A stretch of DNA of 64,000 nt, from assembly GCA_005223125.1 (NCBI GenBank), contig NJBH01000004.1, positions 32,001-96,000 of the forward strand. The letters run 5' to 3'. The stretch is from Promethearchaeota archaeon Loki_b32 (GTDB taxonomy: Archaea; Asgardarchaeota; Lokiarchaeia; Sigyniarchaeales; SOKP01). This document shows positions 1-9,980 of the stretch, piece by piece (the first letter of the stretch is position 1; each line of letters opens with the position of its first letter). The notes below the pieces were generated by a model, which did no database searches, had not been told where the DNA came from, and saw only the letters and a program-made list of their open reading frames with translations. The position numbers and the translations under genes were made by a program.

Positions 1-62
1 ATTTTAAGCTTATAAAAAGAAAATAAATAATTTTAAGGGAAAATTTATAAAAAATTTACGTG

Positions 63-854
63 TTATAAAAAGAATATTTTTACAAATGAAAATATACCTA
101 TTCCAAATGCATATAAGGGTATAAAATATTTCCAGATTTTATTAGGGATAACTCTTACTAAATAAGGGGCACAAAGAGCAGCAAAGAATCCTCCTGTAAA
201 TAATGATGGAAGAAGTACAAGATCTACTTCAACACCGGCAAAACTTATTAAAATGAATGTTAAAATCCCTACAATTGAGACAATCGATTCTGCAAAAGAC
301 ACGATTGCCGTAGCGCTCTTTTCATAAACTCCAGAAAAAATTAGGCCCATAGTAATGACTGGACCATAACCACCCCCTCCAATCCCTTTATTAAAACCTG
401 CTAATGCAGAAAAGCCTATTAACATCTTTGGGTGTGTTTTTAAGCTCTCAATTTTCCTTAATTTTATTCTGATAAAGCCTGAAATGCCCATAAAAATGAC
501 CAAGATTGCAACATAAATCTTAATTACTATATCAGGAAATTTAAATGTGTAATAACCTAGAAGAATTGAGGTTAATATAGCTAAACATCCAAAAAACGCC
601 ATGATTAGAGCAATTTTAGTAGCATCATTTAATGGACGAAAAGAATAACGGACGTTCTTGAATTCATGATCAAAAATCGTATCAGTTATCCCAGTTATTG
701 CCTCTGAAATTAAGATTACGGGAACTATTTGAAGAGGAGTGTATCCTAATAGGAATAATAATGGTGATAATGCTGTTCCAAAACCCATACCTGCCATAGA
801 ATCCATAGATTCAAATAAAAATGCCAATAAAATTATGAGTAAGATTAATTCCAT
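63..854 (-). CDS. TauE/SafE family sulfite exporter-like membrane protein
   Basis: Hydrophobic 263-aa ORF with GMGFG and GIGGGGYG repeat motifs typical of TauE/SafE. Confidence 0.8.
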   Translation of the reverse strand: MELILLIILLAFLFESMDSMAGMGFGTALSPLLFLLGYTPLQIVPVILISEAITGITDTIFDHEFKNVRYSFRPLNDATKIALIMAFFGCLAILTSILLGYYTFKFPDIVIKIYVAILVIFMGISGFIRIKLRKIESLKTHPKMLIGFSALAGFNKGIGGGGYGPVITMGLIFSGVYEKSATAIVSFAESIVSIVGILTFILISFAGVEVDLVLLPSLFTGGFFAALCAPYLVRVIPNKIWKYFIPLYAFGIGIFSFVKIFFL

Positions 855-866
855 ATTATTAGTGCC

Positions 867-1022
867 CTACAGGAAAAAATAGAATAATATCATTATTAGA
901 GAATAACAAAACAAAGCAATGCCAATTTTTTTAATAGAATTTTTTTCTACTTTCATTCTCTCAATAATTGGTTTTTCATCTAATTCACGTGCTTCTTTGC
1001 CAATTTCCCTGTTTATTGACAT
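867..1022 (-). CDS. small putative membrane protein (51 aa), not in ORF track
   Basis: Hand translation MSINREIGKEARELDEKPIIERMKVEKNSIKKIGIALFCYSLIMILFYFFL*; C-terminal hydrophobic helix; directly upstream of the TauE-like gene. Confidence 0.4.
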   Translation of the reverse strand: MSINREIGKEARELDEKPIIERMKVEKNSIKKIGIALFCYSLIMILFYFFL

Positions 1023-1296
1023 TTTTATTTACTCGATCTTTTAATTATGGGTCATTAATTATCATTAAGTATAGTTAAATATAATAACAATTTGTTATAT
1101 AAAGATTATGTTTTTTCAGCAGTAATAAATTTAAACGGATATTGTCCGATGATTCCCACTTTTTTCCGAATTCAATCCGAAACATTTAGATGTTATATTT
1201 TATAAATATTATATGGTAAGAGAAGAAAAAAATAATCTAATAAAAAAACTTTATATTGAATTATTCAATAAAAAATAAATTTAGGGGTGGTATTTA

Positions 1297-1620
1297 ATGT
1301 CAAAAGTAAAATCTCCTGAAGAAGCATATCAAAAAAATGAAAAAAAATCATTAATAATTATTGAATTGACTAAAGATTTAAAAATGGAAATCAAACACTT
1401 TTATCAACATTTATTAAACAGTTATTTTCCATTTGATGCTTTATGTTGGGCTCTTGTAGAACTCCAATTAATTTTTGAAAAAGGTTCCAAAAAATATTCT
1501 GAAAGTGATATTAAAAAAAGAGCTGAGAAATTTCTTGATTCAGACCTAGATTATGATACTCTCTGCTGGCTTATTTCGAGTTTTAAGACATATCTTGAAG
1601 AGATTAAATTATATCCCTAA
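1297..1620 (+). CDS. hypothetical protein with duplicated xDxLCW motif
   Basis: 107-aa ORF, GGGGTG SD-like upstream; internal repeat FDALCWAL / YDTLCWLI. Confidence 0.65.
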   Translation: MSKVKSPEEAYQKNEKKSLIIIELTKDLKMEIKHFYQHLLNSYFPFDALCWALVELQLIFEKGSKKYSESDIKKRAEKFLDSDLDYDTLCWLISSFKTYLEEIKLYP

Positions 1621-1654
1621 CAACTACAGATTCCTAATATTTTGAGGTGGCAAT

Positions 1655-2041
1655 ATGATTGAGGTATTAAATAAGAATAATAAAAGAATTGGATTTATCG
1701 AGGGAGAAAAATGCTTCAATAAAAAGCATAAATTAATAGGTTATTTAGAGGGAAATGAAGTTAAAAACAAAGAAGGGAATGTTTTTTTTAAGCTAGATAA
1801 ACATAATGCTGTTTTTATGGGAAATGATCAAGTAGGGTTTATTTATAATTCTGTGATATATTTTAGAGAACAACCAGTATTTGAAGTTTTAAAAGAAAAA
1901 AAAGAGATTTATACTTCAGATCAAAAGAAAGTATTAAGGTTAATAGGAAAACATGAAAAAGTCGATGATATAGATTTCTTTGCTATTGCGACGCTTTTTC
2001 TTAAATCAAATTGGATGGATATAGTATTCCAACATTATTAA
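1655..2041 (+). CDS. hypothetical beta-rich repeat protein
   Basis: 128-aa ORF with repeated (N/K)xxIG(F/Y)(I/L)EG units; GAGGTG upstream. Confidence 0.6.
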   Translation: MIEVLNKNNKRIGFIEGEKCFNKKHKLIGYLEGNEVKNKEGNVFFKLDKHNAVFMGNDQVGFIYNSVIYFREQPVFEVLKEKKEIYTSDQKKVLRLIGKHEKVDDIDFFAIATLFLKSNWMDIVFQHY

Positions 2042-2317
2042 TAAATTCAAAATGTATCTCTTTTTTTTTTACTACTTATAGTTAAGGTAATATAAAAAAA
2101 AACATAAAAAAGTGTTATTTGAATTCTATATTTTGATGTTTTTACGTTATTAATAATCTGATTTTATACTTCCTAAATTTATACCTTTAAATCTTTTTAG
2201 CAATGAAAGTAAAGAGGAAAAATGTGGAAATATTTGTAAAAATTGTGAAGCATATTTAGATGGTAAATGTGAGGGTTGTGGTAATTTTTAATTCTCTTAA
2301 TTGGATTTTAATCGAAT

Positions 2318-2689
2318 TTGGGTAAATTTAGAAGAAATTTTAAAATAATTAAATTTGCGGCGGTTGTTATTAAAAGCCAAATTGAAAAAGAAAAGAAAAC
2401 AATTGAAATAATGATTCAAATGTATTGTAGAAAGTTACATAATCCTGAAAATCAAATTTGTCAGTCTTGTTTAGTACTTTATGAGTATGCTGAAAAAAGA
2501 TTAGAAAATTGCCAATTTGGTGAAAATAAACCTACGTGCAAAAATTGCCATATTCATTGTTATAAACCAGATATGCGAGAAGAAATTCGGAAAGTTATGC
2601 GTTATGCTGGTCCTTGAAGGATTTATTCTCATCCCATAAAGGGTTTTCATCATCTCTTTAAAAAATTTAAAAAAATTGAAGAGTTATAA
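2318..2689 (+). pseudogene. YgbA / nitrous-oxide-stimulated-promoter family protein interrupted by an in-frame TGA (2615-2617)
   Basis: MIQMYCRKLH..C..C..RLENCQFGENKPTCKNCHIHCYKPDMREEIRKVMRYAGP* continues in frame as RIYSHPIKGFHHL to TAA 2687-2689, matching the family's GPRMxxxHP..H tail. Confidence 0.7.
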
Positions 2690-2737
2690 TATTCAGTTAT
2701 TGATGATTGTTTTAAATCAAGCTCTATTTTAATGCAT

Positions 2738-3661
2738 TTAATTTATAAGAATAGCTAAATTTCTTTTAATAACGGGAAGTATTTTATCTGCATTAGAAGG
2801 AGAGAACATTTTGAGCTTTTTAGATAAAGAATTTACCAATTTTTCATCTCTTTGTCCCTCTAATAATACTTTAGTTTCATTCTCTATAATGTCATCCAAT
2901 TTTTCTGTTAAATTGATTACTTCTTTATTACCTGGGCAAGGTTTTTGGCATCTCATACAGCCTATTAAAGCGTTATGTGCATCAGTAGGAATCCAGTCTG
3001 GAATTATACCTTGAATTTCATTATAAACAGAAATACATTTACTTGCATTAATAACAAAATTTTCATCAGAGATTAATGGGATCGCATTAGTAGGACAATT
3101 ATTAATACAGATTGTACAATTTTCACATTGATGCATCATTTTTATCTCAGTCCAATTATCTTCTTCAAATTGAAAATCTGTAAAAAAAGCAAATAAATTT
3201 ATCATACTACCCCATCCATCAACATAACAAATATTGTTCCTACCATATTTTCCAAGACCACTTCTAACAGCTAACAACTTTACATGAAGTTTGTTAGTAT
3301 ATTCAACTTGATATCCTGGTATCTTTATAATGTCATTTAATATTAAATTCTTGAAATCTTCTAATGTTGTTCCATCATCATAATAATTTGGTGGTATCAT
3401 AATTTCATGAATTTTACGATCTAAATGGAAGTTAACTAACCCTAACTTGCTAAATATTGCAAGTATTATTATCGATTTAGCATTAGGGAGACTTTCAGGG
3501 ATTTCAAACTTTTTAGTATCAATATAACTCCTATAGACTTCATTATTACTCAATTTTCCCTCTCTGCGTAATTTATCGATATCCTTTTGTAGTTCTTCTA
3601 AATGTTCCACAGAAATGGTACTATATTTATATTCAAAATCTATATTCTTGCCATTATACAT
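2738..3661 (-). CDS. QueG/epoxyqueuosine-reductase-like 4Fe-4S protein
   Basis: LAVRSGLGKYGRNN, CENCTICINNCPTNAI and GCMRCQKPCP motifs. Confidence 0.75.
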   Translation of the reverse strand: MYNGKNIDFEYKYSTISVEHLEELQKDIDKLRREGKLSNNEVYRSYIDTKKFEIPESLPNAKSIIILAIFSKLGLVNFHLDRKIHEIMIPPNYYDDGTTLEDFKNLILNDIIKIPGYQVEYTNKLHVKLLAVRSGLGKYGRNNICYVDGWGSMINLFAFFTDFQFEEDNWTEIKMMHQCENCTICINNCPTNAIPLISDENFVINASKCISVYNEIQGIIPDWIPTDAHNALIGCMRCQKPCPGNKEVINLTEKLDDIIENETKVLLEGQRDEKLVNSLSKKLKMFSPSNADKILPVIKRNLAILIN

Positions 3662-3914
3662 ATATTAATTCCTTTTAATTCTAAAAATCTAATTTGAAAA
3701 TTTAAAAATAGGTAGGACCACTTTTAATATTAAATTTTACTGAAGTTTCTTGTTTTGTTTGAATATTGTCCTTTAAATTCTTAGATTTGATATATTCTAA
3801 CAAATGCAAGTTTTTATATTAGGAACCCGAAATATGATTAAATTAAATTTAATTTTAATTTAAAAAAAAAATACACAGGTTTTGATGAAAAAATACCAAC
3901 TTAATTTGGAGTTT

Positions 3915-4769
3915 TTAAGTTGGAAATTTGATTTTATCCAATGCTATTTCAAAATCTTTCTCTTTCTTTATAAGGACCCCTAAAAATGGCACCCCTTGCT
4001 TTAATTCTTCCATAGTGATACCACTTTTCAATAATACTCCTATCCAATCAAGAAGTTCCGATGTTGATGGCATTTTCCTTAATTTTGTAATAGCTCTTAA
4101 AGCGTAAAAGTGCTGTAAACACTGATTTAATAAATGATCCTTCAAATTAGGATAATGCAATTTACAAATTTCTGCCATAAAATCTTTTGAGGGAAACTCT
4201 ATCCAGTGAAATACACATCTTCTTAGAAACGCGTCGGGAAGTTCCTTCTCATTATTTGAAGTAATAATTACGATCGGTCTAGTTTTTGCTTTCACGAACT
4301 CTTTTGTTTCTTTAACGTAAAACTCCATGACATCCAATTCTTGCAATAAATCGTTAGGAAACTCTATATCTGCTTTATCAATCTCATCTAGCAAGAGAAC
4401 AACTTGTTCATCAGAATCAAAAGCCTCTCCCAAAGGTCCTAGGGATATATAATCATGAATATTATTTACATCTCGATCTTCAGAGCCAAATCTACTATCA
4501 TTTAATCTTTGAACTGTGTCATACATATAGCAGCCATCAATGGCTTCAGCTGTACTTTTAATGTTCCATATTATCAATTTTTTATTTAAACTTTCTGCTA
4601 TAGCATGTGCCAGCATTGTTTTTCCAGTTCCGGGCTCTCCTTTGACTAGTAAGGGTCGAGCAAGAGCTATTGCTACATTTACAATATTTCTAAGCTGTGG
4701 ATCGGCAAGATATTTAATTTTTTCAGTTTTTACATCTCCTTGGAATTTATTAAAACCCATATTACTCAT
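3915..4769 (-). CDS. MoxR family AAA+ ATPase (CoxD-like)
   Basis: Walker A GEPGTGKT, Walker B LLLDEIDKAD, ITSNNEKELPDAFLRRC. Confidence 0.9.
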   Translation of the reverse strand: MSNMGFNKFQGDVKTEKIKYLADPQLRNIVNVAIALARPLLVKGEPGTGKTMLAHAIAESLNKKLIIWNIKSTAEAIDGCYMYDTVQRLNDSRFGSEDRDVNNIHDYISLGPLGEAFDSDEQVVLLLDEIDKADIEFPNDLLQELDVMEFYVKETKEFVKAKTRPIVIITSNNEKELPDAFLRRCVFHWIEFPSKDFMAEICKLHYPNLKDHLLNQCLQHFYALRAITKLRKMPSTSELLDWIGVLLKSGITMEELKQGVPFLGVLIKKEKDFEIALDKIKFPT

Positions 4770-4948
4770 AATTAAATGAAATTAATTCAAAATTAAATAA
4801 TTTTTCAATAATGCTTATTCGATTCAATCTAAAAATTCTAAAAACGATTAATTTTAACTAAAAGTGTTATAATGAATTGATATTGATGAGTCTTTTTTCG
4901 ATTTACTAAAATTTAAAAGTTCTCACTTGATTATGGTTTTGAGAAGAC

Positions 4949-5584
4949 ATGACTAGTACAGAAGATGCAACTTTAATAAACATGATCTGTCCGTACTGTA
5001 AAGAGAGTTTCAGAAAGCAAGTAGACTATCAAAAGAAGCAAGGTCTTTTTACAATATTAATAAAAAACCATTCTGATAACTCAGATTGTCCTCCTTTTAT
5101 TGCTTTTATAGATAATAATGGAAAACACAGAGGCTCTCAGAAGATAGATGACGTTGAAACTGAAGAAGAAATCTCTATTAATGACCAACTTCTTGAAGCT
5201 GCTCGAAACCGGATAAATGAATTAAAGGATGATATCCGATTTTATCATTTGAAGGTACCTCGGAGAGGAGGAAGAGGATTTGAGCATAAAGTTGCTAGTG
5301 TTTCGGATAGATCCTTTATGAGCTCTAAATTTTATCAATCTTTAATTGATTTTTTAACGGTTTATGAAGAAGATAATACATTTGGGGCAATTTCGATTGA
5401 AAGCGATACAATTTTTGAAGGAGGACTATTAGTTTATGGTAAATATCTTGGAATGATATATACTATGTTCTGGAAAGAACAAAAATCTCTATTTAGTAAA
5501 TCTTTAGATGACTTGAAAGCAGAAGCTAACCTTACAGTAGAAAAGCTTATAGAATTATATGATATTATGGATTTGTTCTTTTAA
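4949..5584 (+). CDS. hypothetical protein with N-terminal Zn-ribbon (CPYC..H..C)
   Basis: CPYCKESF...IKNH..CPPFIAFIDNNG; C-terminal alpha/beta domain not assignable by eye. Confidence 0.6.
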   Translation: MTSTEDATLINMICPYCKESFRKQVDYQKKQGLFTILIKNHSDNSDCPPFIAFIDNNGKHRGSQKIDDVETEEEISINDQLLEAARNRINELKDDIRFYHLKVPRRGGRGFEHKVASVSDRSFMSSKFYQSLIDFLTVYEEDNTFGAISIESDTIFEGGLLVYGKYLGMIYTMFWKEQKSLFSKSLDDLKAEANLTVEKLIELYDIMDLFF

Positions 5585-5767
5585 CAAGTCGCTTTATAAG
5601 AAACAACTTCGCATCATTTCTTGGATAATTTCATTATATTACAATCTAGACCTTGAAAATATCTCATTTACTAAAAAAAAAAAAATTTAAATAATCCTAT
5701 TTTATTGTATCATTTGTAATTTTTCTATTAAGTAAAATTAAATACTAAATGAAAAAAAAAAATTATT

Positions 5768-6943
5768 TTAATCTGCTTGACCTAAAATACTAACGCTGCA
5801 AACGCAAAATGCTCCACCAAGATTATGAGCTAATCCTATTTTAGCATCAGGTACTTGTCTTCCTTCAGCTCTTCCTTGAAGTTGTTTTGTTACTTCTTGC
5901 AACATTCTACATCCGGTAGCACCGATTGGATGTCCAAAGGCTTTTAGGCCTCCAGAGGGATTAACCGCAATTTCACCATCCCAATTAAATGTACCATTCT
6001 TTAATTCTTCAGCTGCCATTCCACTATCGCAAAACTTTAAATCTTGACAGTTTAAGAGTTCAGTAATTGTAAAACAATCGTGAACTTCGGCACAATCGAT
6101 CTGTTTTCTAGGATCTATAATCCCTGCTTCCTTATAGGCCATTTCTCCTGCTTTTAGTGTTGCTGGAAAGCTTGTGAATGTATGGGATGGTTGATACCAA
6201 GGAGTATTTGTTTGACAAGATATAGCATTCGCTTTTACAACTATGTAATCGTCTGAATGTGCATAACTTGGAGCATCTTCTACTCTTGTTAAAATCAGTG
6301 CTGCAGCACCATCACTCATAGCACAGCAATCACTACGCCCCAAAGGGTCCGCAATCATAATATCCCTCATTACTTTCTCAATTGTAGTTGGTCTTCGAAA
6401 ATGTGCTTTCGGATGATGAGATCCGTTATCGTGGTTTTTAACAGCAACTCGAGCTAAATCTTCCTTACTCCAACCCCATTCATGAAAAGATCTTGTTGCT
6501 GCCATGCTAAACATTGCAGGGGCAGAAGGTATAGGTAATGTTGGATGACCAAATAAATCAAAACCGGGTAATCCACTAGATGACTCATCCATTAATTTTT
6601 CCACACCACAAGCGAGAACAACATCATAGGCACCACTAGCTAGAGCGAAACAGGCATTTCTGAAAGCATCCATCCCCGAAGCACAATAATTTTCTGTTCT
6701 AGTAATTGGTTTGCCATCTAATCTTAAAGTATCTTCTACTGTAGCTCCTGAAAGTCCTGTAAAGAAATAAAATATTCCAACCCAAACTGCGTCTATCTCA
6801 TCCTTAGTTATCCCCGCGTCTTTATTAGCGCCTTGAACCGCTTCGAAGAGTAAATCATATTGATTTTTGTCCCATAGTTCACCAAATTTTGTTGCATCGC
6901 AACCTATTATAGCAATTTTATCTGCAATTCCTTTTCTAACCAT
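5768..6943 (-). CDS. thiolase family protein (archaeal/SCP2-type acetyl-CoA acyltransferase)
   Basis: ENYCASG catalytic Cys, EVHDCF, NPSGGLKAFGHPIGATG, HNLGG. Confidence 0.92.
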   Translation of the reverse strand: MVRKGIADKIAIIGCDATKFGELWDKNQYDLLFEAVQGANKDAGITKDEIDAVWVGIFYFFTGLSGATVEDTLRLDGKPITRTENYCASGMDAFRNACFALASGAYDVVLACGVEKLMDESSSGLPGFDLFGHPTLPIPSAPAMFSMAATRSFHEWGWSKEDLARVAVKNHDNGSHHPKAHFRRPTTIEKVMRDIMIADPLGRSDCCAMSDGAAALILTRVEDAPSYAHSDDYIVVKANAISCQTNTPWYQPSHTFTSFPATLKAGEMAYKEAGIIDPRKQIDCAEVHDCFTITELLNCQDLKFCDSGMAAEELKNGTFNWDGEIAVNPSGGLKAFGHPIGATGCRMLQEVTKQLQGRAEGRQVPDAKIGLAHNLGGAFCVCSVSILGQAD

Positions 6944-6958
6944 TTTTTTTCACCTCGT

Positions 6959-8395
6959 TTAAGGCCTCCCTCTTACAGGTCGGCATTTCCAATAATAATT
7001 ACGAAATCCTCCACCTTCATGCATTAACCTAAAGGTTAATTCAACAGGCATATCAATTTTGACATTTTCCTCTGGTTTGTCAATTTCAGTCATATCTAAC
7101 ATTATACGACCCCCACCCTCTAGATCTATTACACATCTCGGAACAGGAGTATTTAAGTAAGCTCCTCCATATAAATGATCTAAAGTGTAAGTAAAAACAG
7201 TACCTTTTAAAGCAAGTTTTACAAATTCAAATTGATTGTCTGTTCTGCAATTGTAGCAACTTTTATACATCATTGGATATTGAATAGTTCCGCAATTTTT
7301 ACATTTAATCCCATACATCTGATATAAAGATTTAGTATCACGCCAGATTGTAACAGCCGAACTCCTTCTCGAATATCTAGTTCTTTCAATAAGTTTCTTG
7401 TTTTCAATCAATGTATTATAATTTTTTATTGGTTCCATAGATTTCTGATGTTTTAATAAACCCATTCGACCTCTTGAAGCGTTTTTTAAAAGGTTTTTAT
7501 CTCTTACTTGTAATAAAATCGCATCTGCACCATCGCCGTACCCTGCGAAAATTATTTTTGCTTCAGGTTTAGGTCTTCTCAGAGCAGCTATTAAAAGCAG
7601 GAATGCCATTGGAGTTCCAGTACATCCTAGTTGGAGGAATAACCCATTTTGAGCAATTCCTGGAGGAAATTTCACCATTTTCGCGACTACGCCAAGTACC
7701 CTAGGATCATGATAATGATAAGCAGCAGTAGCAATTTCTTCAGGTTTTAAATTATTTTTTTCTAAAAGCACAGTCATAGCTTTTGTTAAGCTTTGAAAAT
7801 AAAATTTATTATCCATTTTATCCTGAAATGTCTTAATGAATTTATCTCCAGTTTTTTTCCAAGGACCAGTAACATTTGCCGAAACTGAATAATAATCTTC
7901 AATTGAAATTGGTAGTAAATCTTCTTCGGCAATAAGTAAGGCAGCAGCACCGTCAGATAAACTATATTCCCAAAATGTTCCTGGTTCAGGTTCTCTAGTA
8001 TCAGCAGCAATAATTAGAATACTTTTTACATCATTATTTGCTTTTATGGTTTCTACTGCTCTGCATACAGCAGTTGTTCCTGCCCTTAACGTGTCTGTGA
8101 AGTCTGTAGTTACAATATCATCCCTTAAGTCCAAGACATTAGCAATAAACGATGCTGAATTTTTCTCAGTATAAACCTGAGTGGTTGTAGCATAGAAAAG
8201 ACCATCAATAGTTTTAGGGTCAATTCCATATAAACAATCCAAACCGGCCTCAACTCCCATTGTAATGCTGTCTTCGTCAGCACTAGCTAATGCCTTAGTA
8301 CCAGGCATAGACGGAAAATCCCAAGCCTTAGCAACTAAATCCCTAGGTAATAAATACTTGGGTAAATAAGCTCCATATGATTTAATTCCAATCAA
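6959..8395 (-). CDS. HMG-CoA-synthase-like domain fused to DUF35 (Zn-ribbon + OB-fold) thiolase partner
   Basis: N-term GIKSYGAYLPKY..DEDSITMGVEA; C-term CKNCG..CYNC and VELTFR..YYWK; adjacent to thiolase. Confidence 0.85.
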   Translation of the reverse strand: MIGIKSYGAYLPKYLLPRDLVAKAWDFPSMPGTKALASADEDSITMGVEAGLDCLYGIDPKTIDGLFYATTTQVYTEKNSASFIANVLDLRDDIVTTDFTDTLRAGTTAVCRAVETIKANNDVKSILIIAADTREPEPGTFWEYSLSDGAAALLIAEEDLLPISIEDYYSVSANVTGPWKKTGDKFIKTFQDKMDNKFYFQSLTKAMTVLLEKNNLKPEEIATAAYHYHDPRVLGVVAKMVKFPPGIAQNGLFLQLGCTGTPMAFLLLIAALRRPKPEAKIIFAGYGDGADAILLQVRDKNLLKNASRGRMGLLKHQKSMEPIKNYNTLIENKKLIERTRYSRRSSAVTIWRDTKSLYQMYGIKCKNCGTIQYPMMYKSCYNCRTDNQFEFVKLALKGTVFTYTLDHLYGGAYLNTPVPRCVIDLEGGGRIMLDMTEIDKPEENVKIDMPVELTFRLMHEGGGFRNYYWKCRPVRGRP

Positions 8396-8737
8396 TTTAT
8401 TTTTCTCCCTTTTTGTTTTAAAAATTTAATTATATTCAATTGTAGTATATATTTAGAGTTTTTTATTATTTTTGAGAAAAATATTGAAAAATTTTGCGAT
8501 ATGTGGAATATTAGGTTTTTAGCCCGTAGTACCAGTAGAAATATTACCCATTGACCATGAAATTTCATGACCAAGTTTTTTAGGTTCGATTTAATCATTA
8601 ATTGTCTATTATCAGAATTATTTTTTATAAATTATAGTGTAAATATTTTTATTTATTCTATCTTAAATCTGTTTTACCAAAAATAATTTTATCTTAATTA
8701 TTTTTTATTTCTCTAGAGAATTATTGGTGTAAATAAA

Positions 8738-9196
8738 GTGTCTGCTGAAAAAATTGAACCTTCAGGTGTAACATATGGAGATTTTTGGCCAAGATTGATA
8801 GCTATTATTATTGATGTGATAATCATTGGTATGGTTAGCTGGCTGATTTCATTTTTAATTTTCCTACCGTACTACATATATCATCCTTTTAGAATTGAAG
8901 AAGGGTGGTATACCTTTCCTTTCGACTGGTTAATTGGTTTTTTATACTTCTGGCTCTTAGAGACTTTAAATAAAGGTCAAACTATAGGAAAATTAGCATT
9001 AAGCCTAAGAACGGTGGATGAAAAAACTTTTGGACCAACAACAACAGGAAAATATGCTCTTAATAATCTTTTGAAAGGTGGTGCTTTTCTAATAATAGAT
9101 TTCATTATTGGAATTATTAAGAATTCAGGTGAACCTGAAAAAAGATTAAGGATTATGCAAAATGTATCTGAGACTGTGGTAATATCGACAAAGTAA
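8738..9196 (+). CDS. RDD family membrane protein
   Basis: FWPRLIAIIID and GQTIGK motifs. Confidence 0.85.
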   Translation: MSAEKIEPSGVTYGDFWPRLIAIIIDVIIIGMVSWLISFLIFLPYYIYHPFRIEEGWYTFPFDWLIGFLYFWLLETLNKGQTIGKLALSLRTVDEKTFGPTTTGKYALNNLLKGGAFLIIDFIIGIIKNSGEPEKRLRIMQNVSETVVISTK

Positions 9197-9374
9197 TAAC
9201 TATCAGAAATTTAAAATAGTACTAATAGTTCAAATTTCCTTTTTTTTTTCACAAAAATAATAAAAAACTTAAAAATCCATACATAAAATTTTAACTTCTT
9301 TATTTCTTGAGAATTATTACTAATAATCTTGTAGAGCCACGCCAGATTCATTATCTCCTTCATAAAGGTTTTAA

Positions 9375-9425
9375 ATTGATGCTTTTAGCATCAATAATAT
9401 AGTTTAATATGCTTATAGCATCAAT
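9375..9425. promoter_or_regulatory. tandem palindromic putative operator sites
   Basis: ATTGATGCT-TTT-AGCATCAAT (9375-9395) and a second copy ATGCT-TAT-AGCATCAAT 30 bp downstream. Confidence 0.5.
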
Positions 9426-9524
9426 AAATAATATCATGAATAAGAATATCTAAAAGTAAAAAATCAGTTAAAATTTAGCTTTAAAATCATGGTTTTTTTT
9501 AAATTCCTATAACCAATTTCATAT

Positions 9525-9593
9525 TTACAAGTTTTACAAGATTATATTACAAGATTTACAAGATTTAAATAGTAATCTTGTATAAACTACAAG
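9525..9593. repeat. TACAAG repeat cluster (putative regulator binding array)
   Basis: TTACAAG at 9525, 9534, 9547, 9556 plus palindrome CTTGTA-N5-TACAAG at 9577-9593. Confidence 0.55.
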
Positions 9594-9980
9594 TTTTAAT
9601 CATGGATGCATTATTAAAAAACCTAAAAGAATGTTTATAACCCGTGAAGTATTATCCTAATCAATTTTAGAGAAAAATTTTACCTATGAAAAATTAAGTA
9701 AGATTCCTCTGAATATATACCTTAATTGATTTTATTATAATTTTAAATTTTTTAGAATTAATATATTTCATTAAATTAAAGTAAGAAATTTAATAGCCTA
9801 AATTTTTAACATAAATTCTATTTGATTTCCAGTTATAATCTTCTGAGTTTTGCCTCAATTAGAAAATCTGGTTGTTTACGTCTTTTTAGGGGAAACAAAT
9901 GGGCAACTCATTACAGAAATATTTTTCTGTTGTGATATAATTATCTAATTAAATCAAATATTTTTTAAGGGAGAATAATT

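Noticed and set aside
2615-2617. TGA in the ygbA-like gene as selenocysteine
   Set aside because: It aligns to a conserved Arg (GPR), so CGA/AGA to TGA is simpler, and no SECIS-like hairpin is evident downstream
9525-9593. CRISPR array
   Set aside because: Units are 6-7 bp without unique spacers, and no cas genes are present
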